From positions 1-64,000 of the forward strand of contig RSEE01000126.1 in NCBI GenBank assembly GCA_003971905.1: a stretch of 64,000 nucleotides of DNA, written 5' to 3'. Shown piece by piece: positions 38,363 to 50,200 of the stretch; within the stretch, counting starts at the first letter, position 1; each line of letters starts with the position of its first letter. The notes under the pieces are model-generated. The model searched no databases, was not told the DNA's origin, and was given only the letters and a program-made list of their open reading frames with translations. The DNA comes from Moniliella sp. 'wahieum' (taxonomy: Eukaryota). A program made the position numbers and the translations under genes.

Positions 38363-39721
38363 TCAGGTGGGGCGTCCGGCCGATAGGCCGAGACCTACGA
38401 TCGGACCTACTGATGCTGCTGCAACTAGTACTGTGGCTTGCTGTTGGTGTGGCTGTTGCAGGTGGTACTGTTGCTGGAGCGGTTGGAGCGGGGAGAGCTT
38501 GCCCGCGTCTCGGGAAGTAGGGGAGGAGGGGAGGGTAGTGGCCCGACTGGCATGGTAAGAGCATTCGGTCGATGCCCCCATCGACAATGTCCCCATCGAC
38601 AATGCCCCTGTCGACGATGCCCCCGTCAACGATGACGATGACGATGAGCCGCCTGGCGACATGACCGTGCCCATGGGTACCGAGGGCGAAGCGAGGGCGA
38701 GGGGGGCAAGAGCGGGGTCAAGGTTAACCACGAAGGAGATACCCGGCCGAAGTCGCCGTGCCACCAGTACCACCACCATTGCTGCCACCCCACCTCCACT
38801 ACCGAGTGCGGCACCCACCTCCGGCACCACCTCCGGCAGCGTATTCCCAGTGGCCAGGGGGCGAAGCAGCGAGGCTGGGGACGCACGAGGGGGAAAGGCA
38901 GGTTGCACTGCTGGCCGTGCAGGCCGATAAGGTCGAAGTGGCCGAGTTGCTACGGGACGGGATGGGGCGAGGTTGCAAGTGAGGCTGCAAGTGAGGTTGG
39001 GAGTGAGACGGAGAGTAGGAGTGGGGGGTAAGATGGTTCGCCCACAGCGATGCGACGGGGTGGGGGGGACGGGTGGCGTGTGGTGGGCCGACTGGCAGAA
39101 CGACTGGTGGGCGACTGGCGGAACAGCTGGAGGGGAGACTGGTAGGCCCACTGGCGAGCCGATTGCAGCCGTCTCGGACTTGGGACGGGACGCGTACGGA
39201 TGCGGTCGGGCGCGGAGGGTAGTGTGGTTGGAGGAGGTGCGCGCTGGGCGGCGGACAAGGGGGGGGAGGAGGTGCCCTCGCAAGTGCGTGTTCCTACGGC
39301 TGGAGACAGGGGGCGAGGCGGGGAAGGTGCTGGTGCTGGTGCCGGTGGAGCGCAGCGGGGGGCAAGAGGCTCCAGGGGGAAGCGTCGGTGGTGCGCTCGG
39401 GGGGCGAGGCAAGGGCGCAGAGGCGGGAGGGAACACGTGGGCGGGGAAGGAGGAGGCATCATGGCACGGGGGAGACGGCACGGGAGGAGGAGAGCACGAG
39501 GCAGAGCCCGAGGAGGAGGAAGGCAAGGGCCGAGAGGGCCCGAGGGCGACGCTGCCCAGGCTGGAGAAGAGGGTGGAGCGGAGGTCGTGGAGCGCGTGGC
39601 CGCGGGTCGCCGCATAGACGGCCTGGAAGGAGCCCAGGAGCGCGTCGATGTCGGACGCGACGGGGGGCGGCGCATGGGAGACGGAGGAGGAGGAGGTGGT
39701 GGCGGTGGTGGGGTGGCACAA
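38363..39721 (-). CDS. Pro/Ser-rich hypothetical protein
   Basis: 452-codon ORF; N-terminal helical segment SDIDALLGSFQAVYAA; otherwise low complexity. Confidence 0.4.
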   Translation of the reverse strand: MCHPTTATTSSSSVSHAPPPVASDIDALLGSFQAVYAATRGHALHDLRSTLFSSLGSVALGPSRPLPSSSSGSASCSPPPVPSPPCHDASSFPAHVFPPASAPLPRPPSAPPTLPPGASCPPLRSTGTSTSTFPASPPVSSRRNTHLRGHLLPPLVRRPARTSSNHTTLRARPHPYASRPKSETAAIGSPVGLPVSPPAVPPVAHQSFCQSAHHTPPVPPTPSHRCGRTILPPTPTLRLTPNLTCSLTCNLAPSRPVATRPLRPYRPARPAVQPAFPPRASPASLLRPLATGNTLPEVVPEVGAALGSGGGVAAMVVVLVARRLRPGISFVVNLDPALAPLALASPSVPMGTVMSPGGSSSSSSLTGASSTGALSMGTLSMGASTECSYHASRATTLPSSPTSRDAGKLSPLQPLQQQYHLQQPHQQQATVLVAAASVGPIVGLGLSAGRPT

Positions 39722-42700
39722 GGGTTAGACAGACCAGACGAGCAGCGGCGGCGTGCAAGAAACAAACACAAAGACAGCATGCTAACCACTATCCCCCCGT
39801 GCGTCGCTTCCTTCCCCCACCGGTGAGGTTATGCAGCGGCAAGCGGCAAGCGAAGCGGCAAGCAAGACGCGTGGGGTGTGTGACATGTGATGGCTGACGG
39901 GTGACGAGACGGCGCGGGGCGGATGGATGATAGCCCCAACGCCCGCACAACCGCACAGCGGCTGCCGCTGCGGCGCACCCGGCTGGTTGGGGGCCGCGGC
40001 GGGGCAGCCAGGGTCACCCGGTCACGGTCAGGACAGAGCGCCGTCCCGCCTGCGGCTGCCGCTCGCGCCATCGGCCCGCGGCTACGCGACTGGCGGCGCC
40101 CGACCAGCCGCTCACCGGCTCACCGGTCCACGGTCCACCGGCCCACCGGCTCCCTGCCACAGCCGGATCCGGCGCCGGTGGCTCGCATTGGCCTGCACTA
40201 CAGCCCGCTCGCACTGGCAGAGAGGAAGGATGCATGATTCTTGACGCATGACGCATGACGCATGAGCGTGACGGTTCTTTGGGGCACTGTCACATGTCAC
40301 CCCATTACATGTCACATGTCACCTTGTACCCGGCATCCCACGCATCCCATCCATCCCGCGTCCCGCGTCCCATCCCACAGGCAGCACTCTGCTACTCCAC
40401 CTCCTCGCGTCTTGCGCGGCCACATCCACAGCTGGTCCTAGGCCGCTCATCCGCTCATCCAGTCGTACCGGGCCACACGCTCCCCCATGTGGCAGAGTGC
40501 ATGGCGCATGGGATCCGGGTGATGCATGTGACATGTGATGTGTCGGGTGCGGGCGGGGGAGGTAGTCCAAAGTAGGGTAGTAGGCACATGGTGCATAGCC
40601 CAGCCCAGCGCCTAACCACGATTCACCCGCCTCGGGCCGTTTCGGAGTCCCTTGAAGCTAGCGGGAAGCGTGAAGCGTGAGCCTGACGAACATAGACTAG
40701 GGAGGCGCGGCAGCCGCGGTACCGGATGGACGGATGCATGATGCATCATGCAGGATGCATCAGGCGGGCCGATTCCCGATTGTTGATTGCCCCCCCGGGC
40801 CCCCCCGCACCCGGTTTATATACGCCGTACGCAGCTCCCGGTTCCTGGCGGCAAATCTGGTACACCCAGCCTGTTTTGTTTTGTTTGTTTTGTTTTGTTT
40901 TTGCACCGCTGGGACGAGCGACTGGGCACCACGTGACATGTGACATGGCCCGCTCAACCGGTCACCGGCCACCGGCCACGGCCACGGGTCACGTGGGATG
41001 CGCACGCCGCTGTGCCTCCCTTGGCTCTCTATCAGCCTGTTCAGCCGCCGGTTCGAGACGGGCCATGCGCCATGGGTGCGTGCGAACGCTCAGCGCCAAC
41101 GGTCAACCCAACCTGGGCGCCGGACCGAGCGGGATGCTCGATGCTCGATGCCAAGCCGTGCCTGACGTGCATGACGACGGCCGACAGCCAACGGGACCTC
41201 AGTAGATATGGGCATTTCGCTCTGAGATCTGAGATTAGATCTCCTGAGATGGAGGTTGGGGTTGGCCTTTGGGGGCACTAACTGCATGATGTGCACCGTG
41301 CCGCATTAGCTGTGTCTTGCATATGTCATCCCTACTGGCTACTCCGGTGCGTAACTCTTTTGCTCTGTAGCGCTTACTACACATGACAGTCGGAAAGGTG
41401 AGCTGACGGTAGGACATGTTCTGCACAAGCCCAAGCTCGATGGAGAATCCGAGACGGGAGGAGGCAGGAGATCGAGGTCTGGGGGACGTACTGGACTGTG
41501 GACGGGATCCGAAAAATGCGGGATTGGAGCGAAGCGCGAAAGCTGTACTATATATGAGAGACGGAAGTGGACAGAGTGTGGGTGCCGAAAAGCCGATCCG
41601 AACCACGGATCCGAGCGGCTGATGCACTCTTGCAGCCTGGGGAGGAGAGACAGAGAGCGCAGTGGAAAGTAAGCTGAAAAGAGAGAGACGAAGACGGCGA
41701 GAGGAGATAGAAGAGGTACTAAAGTGTAAAACGCGGAATGGCGTTTGCGTTTACTGTATGGACTGTGTGGACAGGGGGAAGACGCCAAAATGGATTGGGG
41801 GAGGTAACCACGAACCACGCATTTTGCTTACAGAGACAGGGAGACGAACTGGGGAAACAACACAGTACAGAGAGGGTTAGACAAGGTCCGGGGGAGCAGT
41901 CGCCACAAGGAAGACCGTTCCCCGAGCGGGGATGACAACGAGGAACCCTTGAAGGGGACTCTCGCAGCGCTCCGTCCTCAAAAATGAGGATGAAACGTGG
42001 GCAAGAACAAAACCTATAACCAGGCAACAGAGGCGATCGCCCATGTCAAAAACGGCCCGATGTAAAAGGTCGATGGCCACTCAGCCACGGGGTATGGCAT
42101 GGCACCTTCATTTCTCAAAAAATTGCGACTTTTGTTAGTTGGAGGTGGGAGCGAGAGTAGCTATGTTGAGACTGGACCAAGCTACCGGGCCTTATAGGTC
42201 TCGCCTAATAGGTTCGTTGTAGTTTCCCGCTTCCCTTGATAATCTGAAGGTGTGTCCGCGTGCATTAGTGGGCGACTTGTTCCTATCTACTCGTCCACAC
42301 GGGAGATGGCATGAGGATTGAGTCGGCTGACTCGGATGAAGCAGAACAATGTACCTATTCCGGGCTAGTCGGTAGGAGACGAGTCCCAGCCTTCCTGCGC
42401 TCTAGAAGCAGACCTTCTCACGGCAGATAAAGGAGACATGAATAAGTGAGCACACATCGGGACGACCTTCATTACAGACGCACGCTAAAAGCATCGATTC
42501 GATAAAAGGTACGCAGACCGGGCCGTATATAGGCCTGGTGGTTCTCTCTCGTACTTCTAATACAGCTAGGTAGGAATCCTCGATGCGCGCCCTCCCAGCT
42601 GTCATCCTGCGCGCCGACCAACACGGGCGGGGCGTTCCGGGCGCTGGACTGTAGCTCCGGACACTGAGGAGGCCATGCGTGCTCCGATGGACTATAGGGT

Positions 42701-43188
42701 CCTCTGTGTCCCCACAGCTTTGGCACATGCGTTTCGTTCCGTTCTTGCGTTTCGGTTCGTTTGGGGCCTACTGCCCATTCCGTCTTTCTCTCCGTTGCCG
42801 GCCGCCGTCCCACCCGACCACACGGGATGGCCTGGTTGATTTGATCGTAGGTAGGTATATATATGGCTTTTTCCTGGCTCAGGGCAGAGCCTGATGGTTG
42901 TCTCGTGCAGCAGCGGCGGTCATAGTATATATGCCTGTGGGAGAGGGCTTGCGAACTCATGCGGAGGAGATGCTCTCGAGCATGTAATGGTGCCTGGACT
43001 GGACGTTGGGTGATGAATGATGAATGACCAATGAGTGTACATTGCGTCCAATCTGTCCCTGCTGTTCTCGGTGGCCGGCACACGTACTACCCTTCTTCAT
43101 GGCAGAACAACAGGAAGGGATAAAAAGCCAACTTGTTCCAACCATTTTCTTAGAGGTCGGATACCATTCGAACCACAGCTGTCAATCC

Positions 43189-43283
43189 GGTCGATTAGCT
43201 CAGTTGGTCAGAGCGTGGTACTAATACATCTAGCAAGAGTGTTGGTGATGCCAAGGTCATGAGTTCAAGCCTCATATTGACCA
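43189..43283 (+). tRNA. tRNA-Ile(AAU) with 21-nt intron
   Basis: ggtcgattagctcagttggtcagagcg-tggta-ct-AAT-a[catctagcaagagtgttggtg]a-tgcca..atgagttcaagcctcat-attgacc-a, followed by a T run. Confidence 0.93.
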
Positions 43284-43638
43284 TATTTTTTTTACTGCCT
43301 CTCGCCCTAACCCGGCCCCACACCCACTTGGTGTGGGGAGCAAGTATCCCCGGTGAACACAGCACAAGGAGGGCGGAAATGAACAGGAGGGCCGTGTTTG
43401 TGTGCCATTGTACCCGACGGCAACCAGCGTCTAGCGAGGGAACATAGAACATTAGGCTGAGCGCATCTTGGCCAGGGCGGGGTAAACCCCCCCGCTGGAG
43501 CGAGGGTGCGATGGCGCGACTTACCTCATCCGGGCGCCACGTGGCAGTGGGCGCATGCCGTCGGCTGCACCGCCAGCGTCGCGCCACCGCCTGCCCTCTC
43601 CACCGGCTGCGCTCGCCACCGCCTGCCCTCCCTCAAGC

Positions 43639-44999
43639 ATGGCGCGCTACGGGCTGTTTGGTCCGCTCAAGGGCCTGGACGCGTTCGGGCGGCCGCTGGA
43701 GGACGTGCGGGTGCGGACGAACGTCGGGGCGTGCATTACGCTCGTTGCTGGTCTGCTCATTCTCCTCCTGACCATTGGCGAGGTGCGCGACTACCGGCGC
43801 GTGACGTTGCGCGACAGTCTGCAGGTCGATGTCAGTCGCGGAGACAAGTTGACGGTGCAGCTGGACGTGTCCTTCCCGCACGTACCGTGTTACCTTTTGA
43901 GTCTGGACGTGATGGACGTTTCGGGCGAGCACCAGGACGACATTCAGCACGACATTACGCGTACGCGTCTCTCCAAGGCCGGGGTACCGATTGACGAGGG
44001 GTGCGTGGTCTGCGTGGCGAGGCGAATGATGCAGCCAGGCCAAGGGCAAGGACTACTGCGGCGACTGTTACAGTGCCACGCCGCCTGACGGGAGCAAGTG
44101 CTGCAACTCGTGTGATGCGGTGCGCGCGCGCGTACCAGGCCAAAGGGTGGTCCTTTGGTTCGCCCGATACGATTGAGCAGTGTCGCACCGAGCACTGGGT
44201 CGAGAAGATTACGCAGCAAAAGGAAGGGTGTCGTGTGGCCGGGCGCGTGCACGTTAACAAGGTCGTTGGGAACTTGACCTCAGTCCCGGTCGCGCCTTCC
44301 AAGCTAATAGCTTGCACATGCACGACCTCGTTCCCTACCTCCGCGGCGAGGGTAAGGACCTGCACAACTTTGGTCACACCATTCATACTTTACGCTTCAC
44401 TTCGGCCGACGACTTTACCCGTACCAAGTCGCAGGTCTCGACTGACGACCTGGTCCGCACCCAGCTCGCCATTACCGACCCGCTCGAAGGCCAGGTACGC
44501 ACGACCAACAAGAGCAATTACATGTACCAGTACTTTCTCAAGGTGGTCTCGACCGAGCTGAGTCTGGTGAATGGGGAAACGCGTCGGTCGCACCAGTACG
44601 CTGCGACGGCGTCGGAAGCTGACCTAGAAACGCTGGGTCACGGGGGAATTTCGCAAGCCCAGATGGGCGCTGGCTTCCCAGGCATCCCCGTGTATTTTTC
44701 CTGTACGAAATTTCGCCGCTCAAGGCGGTGCATGAGGAACGGCGCGGTCCCTCCTGGCCTTGGTCGCCAACACATGTGCCCTGGCAGGAGGCATCTTGAC
44801 CATTGCAGGTCTTTTGGATCGAATCTACAATCGTGCCCGACTGGTGCGCCGTAAACCTGCGCCATCTAGCCCCGTTGCTTCCCCGCTCGCCTCCTCGGCA
44901 GGCTACGGCTACGGCTACCCCGCCCCAGCGCCGCAGTACGGCGGCTACGCACAAGGTTATGGTGCTTCGGCCCTGGCCGGGCCTGGCCGCCTGGTGTGA
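43639..44999 (+). CDS. ERV46: ER-derived vesicle protein Erv46 / ERGIC3
   Basis: LKGLDAFGRPLEDVRVRTNVGACITL, LDVSFPHVPCYLLSLDVMDVSGEHQ, YCGDCY, CCNSC, EGCRVAGRVHVNKVVGN, MYQYFLKVVST, CALAGGILTIAGLLD; multiple frameshifts. Confidence 0.92.
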
Positions 45000-45997
45000 G
45001 TACTGCCTACTGCCTACTGCGTACTGAGTGGTGCGTACTGAGTGGTGCGAGCTGCCCGCCGCCCAGTGCTGGTCTGCCTCTTAAAAAGGCGCGAGACGGG
45101 GGAGGGGGTGAGAGGACCTCGCCCCCCCCCCCCCCGGTTCTGCATTCCCTTCATTGCTCCCCTCTGCTTTCCGTACTAGTGGGAGCCAAGCGTAGCCCTC
45201 GTCGATCGTCGTAGACCAGGTTGGCCATGCTAGATTGCCAGCAAATGTGGATCGGCAGTCGAGAGCCCATCTGAGATCTGAGATTGGATCTCCCCCACCC
45301 CACCGTGGTGCCTTTTTCTCCCTTCAAAACTTCAAGCTCCAACTCCACCACCAGTCGAGTGCCGAACCAGCATGCAACTAACTACTTGCGAGGGAGCACG
45401 ATGTCATTAATGCCATTGCGGGTGGTAGCCTGGATGGGCAAGCTCGCCAAGACAGCGATTGAGACAGGACAAAGACAAAGCAGCGTGGTCCAGTGCGTGG
45501 GCGTACTGGTTCTCCTGGGCCTTGAATGGTGCGTTGTCAGTACTCAGTGGGCTTCGCTTGGGCGGTGCTACCACAGCGACCATGGATCCAACCCAGTCCA
45601 TGGTCCAGCTAATCACCCTTTGAAATGTTCGACCCAGCCTGTCTTCTGGCAGAACGTCGCGCATTGCACCGACCCACGCCGCGCAACAGGGTTAGAGGCT
45701 CCGCCGCACAGGGGCGCAGCTGTTGTTCTGGGCCGGGGAGCTGCGCGTGTGCTAGGGTTGAGCACGGGAGCAGTGTGGCGGGTGTGTTGGTCGGCGGGCA
45801 AGTTGAACATTCAAATCAAAACTTTGCGCGTGGGTGGCGCGGCGCCAGTGTTCTGCGCGGCTAGGGTTGTCTGCCGCCTGCCCTGTGTTGGGCCAACCAA
45901 ACTAGCTGCCTTTCCCCTGCCCCCCCACCTCCACCTCCCCTCCATCTCCCATCTCCTCCTCCTCCTCCTCCTCCTCCACCTCCTCCTCCCCCCCGCC

Positions 45998-47690
45998 ATG
46001 TCCAGCCGCACCACGGGCCGCCTCGACTCGTACAAGAGCAAGGGTCTGCTCCACTCCGACGACCTCCGCCGCCGCCGCGAGGACCAGCAGGTCGAGATCC
46101 GCCGTCAGAAGCGCGATGAGACCCACGCCAAGCGCCGCCAGATGGACCTCACCAGCGCCGACCTGACCGACGATGATGAGGAGGACGAGGAGGGCCGGTC
46201 GGCAGCAGCATCGAGGTAGTCTTCTTTCTCCGCTCTGGCGGTGTGCATTGCATTGCATTGGAGTGCTAACGTTGCTACGTGCTCCCCCCACGCAGCAGAA
46301 CCGCCTGCCGAGATGGTGACCAAGCTCATGTCCGACAACCCGGCCGACCAGCTGGAGGCCACGTCGCTGTTCCGCAAGCTGCTGTCCAAGGAGAAGAACC
46401 CGCCGATCGACGGGTCATTGCCACGGGTGCTGTGCCGCGCTTTGTCGAGTTTCTGCGCTCGGACAACAGCCTGATCCAGTTCGAAGCCGCCTGGGCGCTG
46501 ACCAACATCGCCTCTGGCACATCGGAGCACACCAAGGTGGTGATTGGGGCCGGTGCGGTGCCCGTGTTTATTGAGTTGCTCTCTTCGCCCATTTTGGATG
46601 TGCGCGAACAAGCTGTCTGGGCCCTGGGCAACATTGCCGGTGACAACCCGCAGTGCCGGGACTATGTGCTGAGCCAAGGCGCGATGCAGCCGTTGTTGAC
46701 GCTGCTGAATGAGAACCAAAAGATTGGCATGCTGCGTAACGCGACCTGGACCCTGAGCAACTTTTGCCGTGGCAAGAACCCCCCGCCGGCATGGGAGTTT
46801 GTCGCGCCGGCACTGCCAATGCTCGGCAAGCTCATCTACTCGATGGACGAGGAAATTTTGATCGACACGTGCTGGGCCATCTCATACCTTTCCGATGGAT
46901 CCAACGACAAGATCCAAGCCGTCATCGAGGCTGGCATTGTGCGTCGTCTGGTCGAACTCTTGACTGCCGACTCGACCGCAATCCAGACCCCCGCCCTCCG
47001 CTCCGTCGGCAACATTGTCACGGGCGACGACTTGCAAACCCAAGTGGTTGTGGCGGCCGGTGCACTGACGCCGCTACTGGCACTGCTCTCGTCTCAAAAG
47101 GAAGGGATCAAGAAGGAAGCCTGTTGGACCATCTCCAACATCACGCTGGCTCGACGCACCAAGTGCAATCGGTCATTGACGCCAACATCATCCCGCCCCT
47201 GATTGAGATTCTCAAGACGGCCGACTTTAAGACGCGCAAAGAAGCGTGTTGGGCCATCAGCAACGCCACCTCGGCCGGGCTGCAGCGCCGGAACAGATCC
47301 GGTACCCTCGTTTCTCAAGGCTGCATCCGTCCGCTGTGCGACCTGCTGACGATTATGGACAACAAGATTATCCAGGTAGCCCTGGACGGGTTGGAGAACA
47401 TCCTCAGGTGGGCGAGCAAGACAAGGTCGCTGCTGGTCCTGGGGCTGTGAACCAGTATGCGGCACACATTGAGGAGAGTGGTGGCCTGGTCACCATTCAC
47501 AACTTGCAGCAGCACGAGAACCATGACATTTACCAAAAGTCGTTCTACTCATGGACCATTACTTCCCCGATGACGAGGACGACCAGGCGGAAGAAGGAGC
47601 GGCGCAACCCGCTCTGGATGCCCAGGAGCGTACACGTTCCAGACCGATATGGCTGCGCCCCAGGGCGGCTTCTCATTTGGGGCGGCCTAA
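45998..47690 (+). CDS. SRP1: Importin alpha (karyopherin alpha)
   Basis: IBB domain [22 protein letters not shown] repeats [51 protein letters not shown]; intron at about 46216-46295. Confidence 0.96.
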
Positions 47691-48973
47691 GGCCAAAGGG
47701 AAAGAGGGCGGAAAGGAAAGGAAAGGAAAGGACCCATCTCATCTCATCTTCTCCTATTCTCTCCTCTCCTCTCCTCTCCTGCCCTCTCTGCCTGCTCTAC
47801 CGACGATCCCATTGCACAGGTACAAACTTACCTTGTCCCCTCTTTCATAATCCTGTTGTGGGCTTCTGCACTCTCTGACCCTCTCAATACCACTCTCCTC
47901 AACCTTCGCCCCCCCCCCCCCCCCCCGTCCCTTCCCATGGCTATCCCCCGACGTAAACCGGGCTCGGTGTGCCAGTGCTTCTTCCGCTTCTCCTTGCCTT
48001 TTCTTTTCCCCTCTTACTTCGATCAGCCGGGTTGCCCCGCTCTTGTTGGCCTTGCAGACTGCATACTGCATAGGTACCCGCGCAGCATCTTCCTATTCTT
48101 TTTTCCGCATCGCTTTTTTTTTCGCTGCCTCATCTCCCCCTCCTACCATCTGCCTGCCCCCTTTGCCCTTTTCTTTTGCCCTTTGCTCCGGCCCTCCCCC
48201 CCCCCCCCCTCGCGCAATGAAGCCCCCCTGTTGGATCGCTCGCCCCGCAGGCCTCTCAACTCTCAACTCCGACAAAGCCCAAGTGACTCCGTATAAGTAT
48301 ACGTATACGTAGGAAAGACCCCCCGCCTACTGTCCGTTGCGGACAGGAGGAACCGATCACCGTGGCCGAGCTGGAGGCGAACAGGCAGACTACTAAGGTA
48401 CCGTTGATCGTGCGACTCGAGTTGGATGTCTGATGTCTCAAAAAATGGTGGAGGTACTTAGAGGTAGAGGTAGAGGAATGCCAGGTACTACTGGTGGTAT
48501 GCCAGCATTAGTGGGACATTGAATTCGACAGCTGAGAAAAGTGTGCGAGTGCGGGGAGGGAGGCGTGCGGGCGGGGCGGGGAAAAAGGGAGGGGGGAGGG
48601 AGAGAAGAGCTGAGGGGAGGGAGATTACGGGTACGGATTACGCAGAAAATGTGTTTCGCATTTCGTGTTAGTTATATTATGGTACGTTTTGGCAGCTGAT
48701 GGGCTGTGGGTGGAACATGGACATGGAAGGTGGCAAGACAAGATAAGCCAATTAGAGTACTACTAGGACTTAGTAGAAGGAGGAGTATTAGATCTAGGAA
48801 AACAACAGTAGTATCATGTGTGTTGTGTTGTGAAGGTGATGACGCGGGAGAGGCGATGAACAGGTGACCATACAGCGGCACCAGAAGCAGAAGCAGAGGG
48901 ATGGGATTTCCACTCTGCCTCCAGTTCTTCCTCCCCAATTCCACCCGCTCGATCTGCGCCTTGTTGGGCCAGA

Positions 48974-50200
48974 TCAATTGATCCGTCGATCCCCGGACTG
49001 ATGATCTCTGATCTCTTTAACCCTTGACGATCTGCTCAGTCGACCGAGAGAGTCGCGGTAAACCGTGGAGCCCACGTTTGTGGTGCGTCCCAACTGGTCC
49101 CAGGGCGCCAGCCACACCCTGTTGGTGTGCCCTCGAGACGAGTAAAGGGTTGCCGGCCCATTTCGAGCACAGGAGGGCGGTGTTGTGGTTCGGCTCGGCC
49201 GGCCGGTACAGGCGGGGAGGAGGTAGGTGCGTCGGGCGCCCATCCCAGGAGAGAGTCTCGCTTGTCGTAGGATGATGATGGAACCCAAACGGAGGTGCCG
49301 GAGGCAACTGCATCGCTCCATCGTCCGCTTGTGGTGTAGTACTATTGATCGTCGCGACGGAGCGGAGGGGTGGCGCGTCCAGAGTGTCGACGGGGTAGAG
49401 TGAGTTGGCAAGACCAAGGACGGCATGTACGTGTACCTCATCGGGCGAAAGGGATGCCGACGGGGATTGGAAGAGGGCGTCAATGGGGTCCTGCTCGGGC
49501 ACGATGGTGGTGGTGAAGGAGGGAGGGGAGGAAAGGGGAAGCGGCGCGGCGGGAGCATGCGGATGGTTAAAGAGGAGGCACGATGCGTCGGCGGAAGGAG
49601 GCATGCGGGCTTGACGTTGATCACACTCTTGCTACCCCAACTCAACTTGCACGGAGCATTGCCGAGTCTCGGTGGCATGGCGGCAAGGTGCGGCAGGGGC
49701 TGCCCCACCAGGAAGAGGGCACGTTAGGCGAAGAAGGGTGTTCAGCAGTCACGTGGACCGCAGGGATAGGAAGCAAGGTGGCCGTGGGTGTTCTGCCGCT
49801 CGCTTCTTCCTCGGAAACAAAGGGGGCCAGACCGCCGTCGGCCAGGCGGACCCCTGGCCGGGGAACAACAAAGGGGCGCTGGCAGGATCTTCCAACGACG
49901 CCAGCTTGGCGCTTCGGGTAGGAAACCAAACGTCGTTGAGGCCCGACGTGGTCGACGGAGCGGGTCCCTTGCGCCCGCCCGCCGACGGGGGTGGGATGCA
50001 GGGCAGGTACACAGCCCTGACGGATGCGGTTTGGCGCTGCGACGTCGCCCCTTTTCTCGGCAGAATAAGCAGCGCTTCGAAGGTCGGCCGCGTGGACGGA
50101 TGGCGATCAGGTCGGCCGCGTTGACGTGGGAGCAAATGTTGCTCCGGTGGCCATTGACGCACTTTTGGCACGCATACTTCTTTCCGTTGATGACAGGCAT
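48974..50200 (-). CDS. Copper-fist DNA-binding transcription factor (Ace1/Mac1/Haa1 family); 3' end approximate
   Basis: MPVINGKKYACQKCVNGHRSNICSH...RPRGRP..CLFCREK...CTC. Confidence 0.85.
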
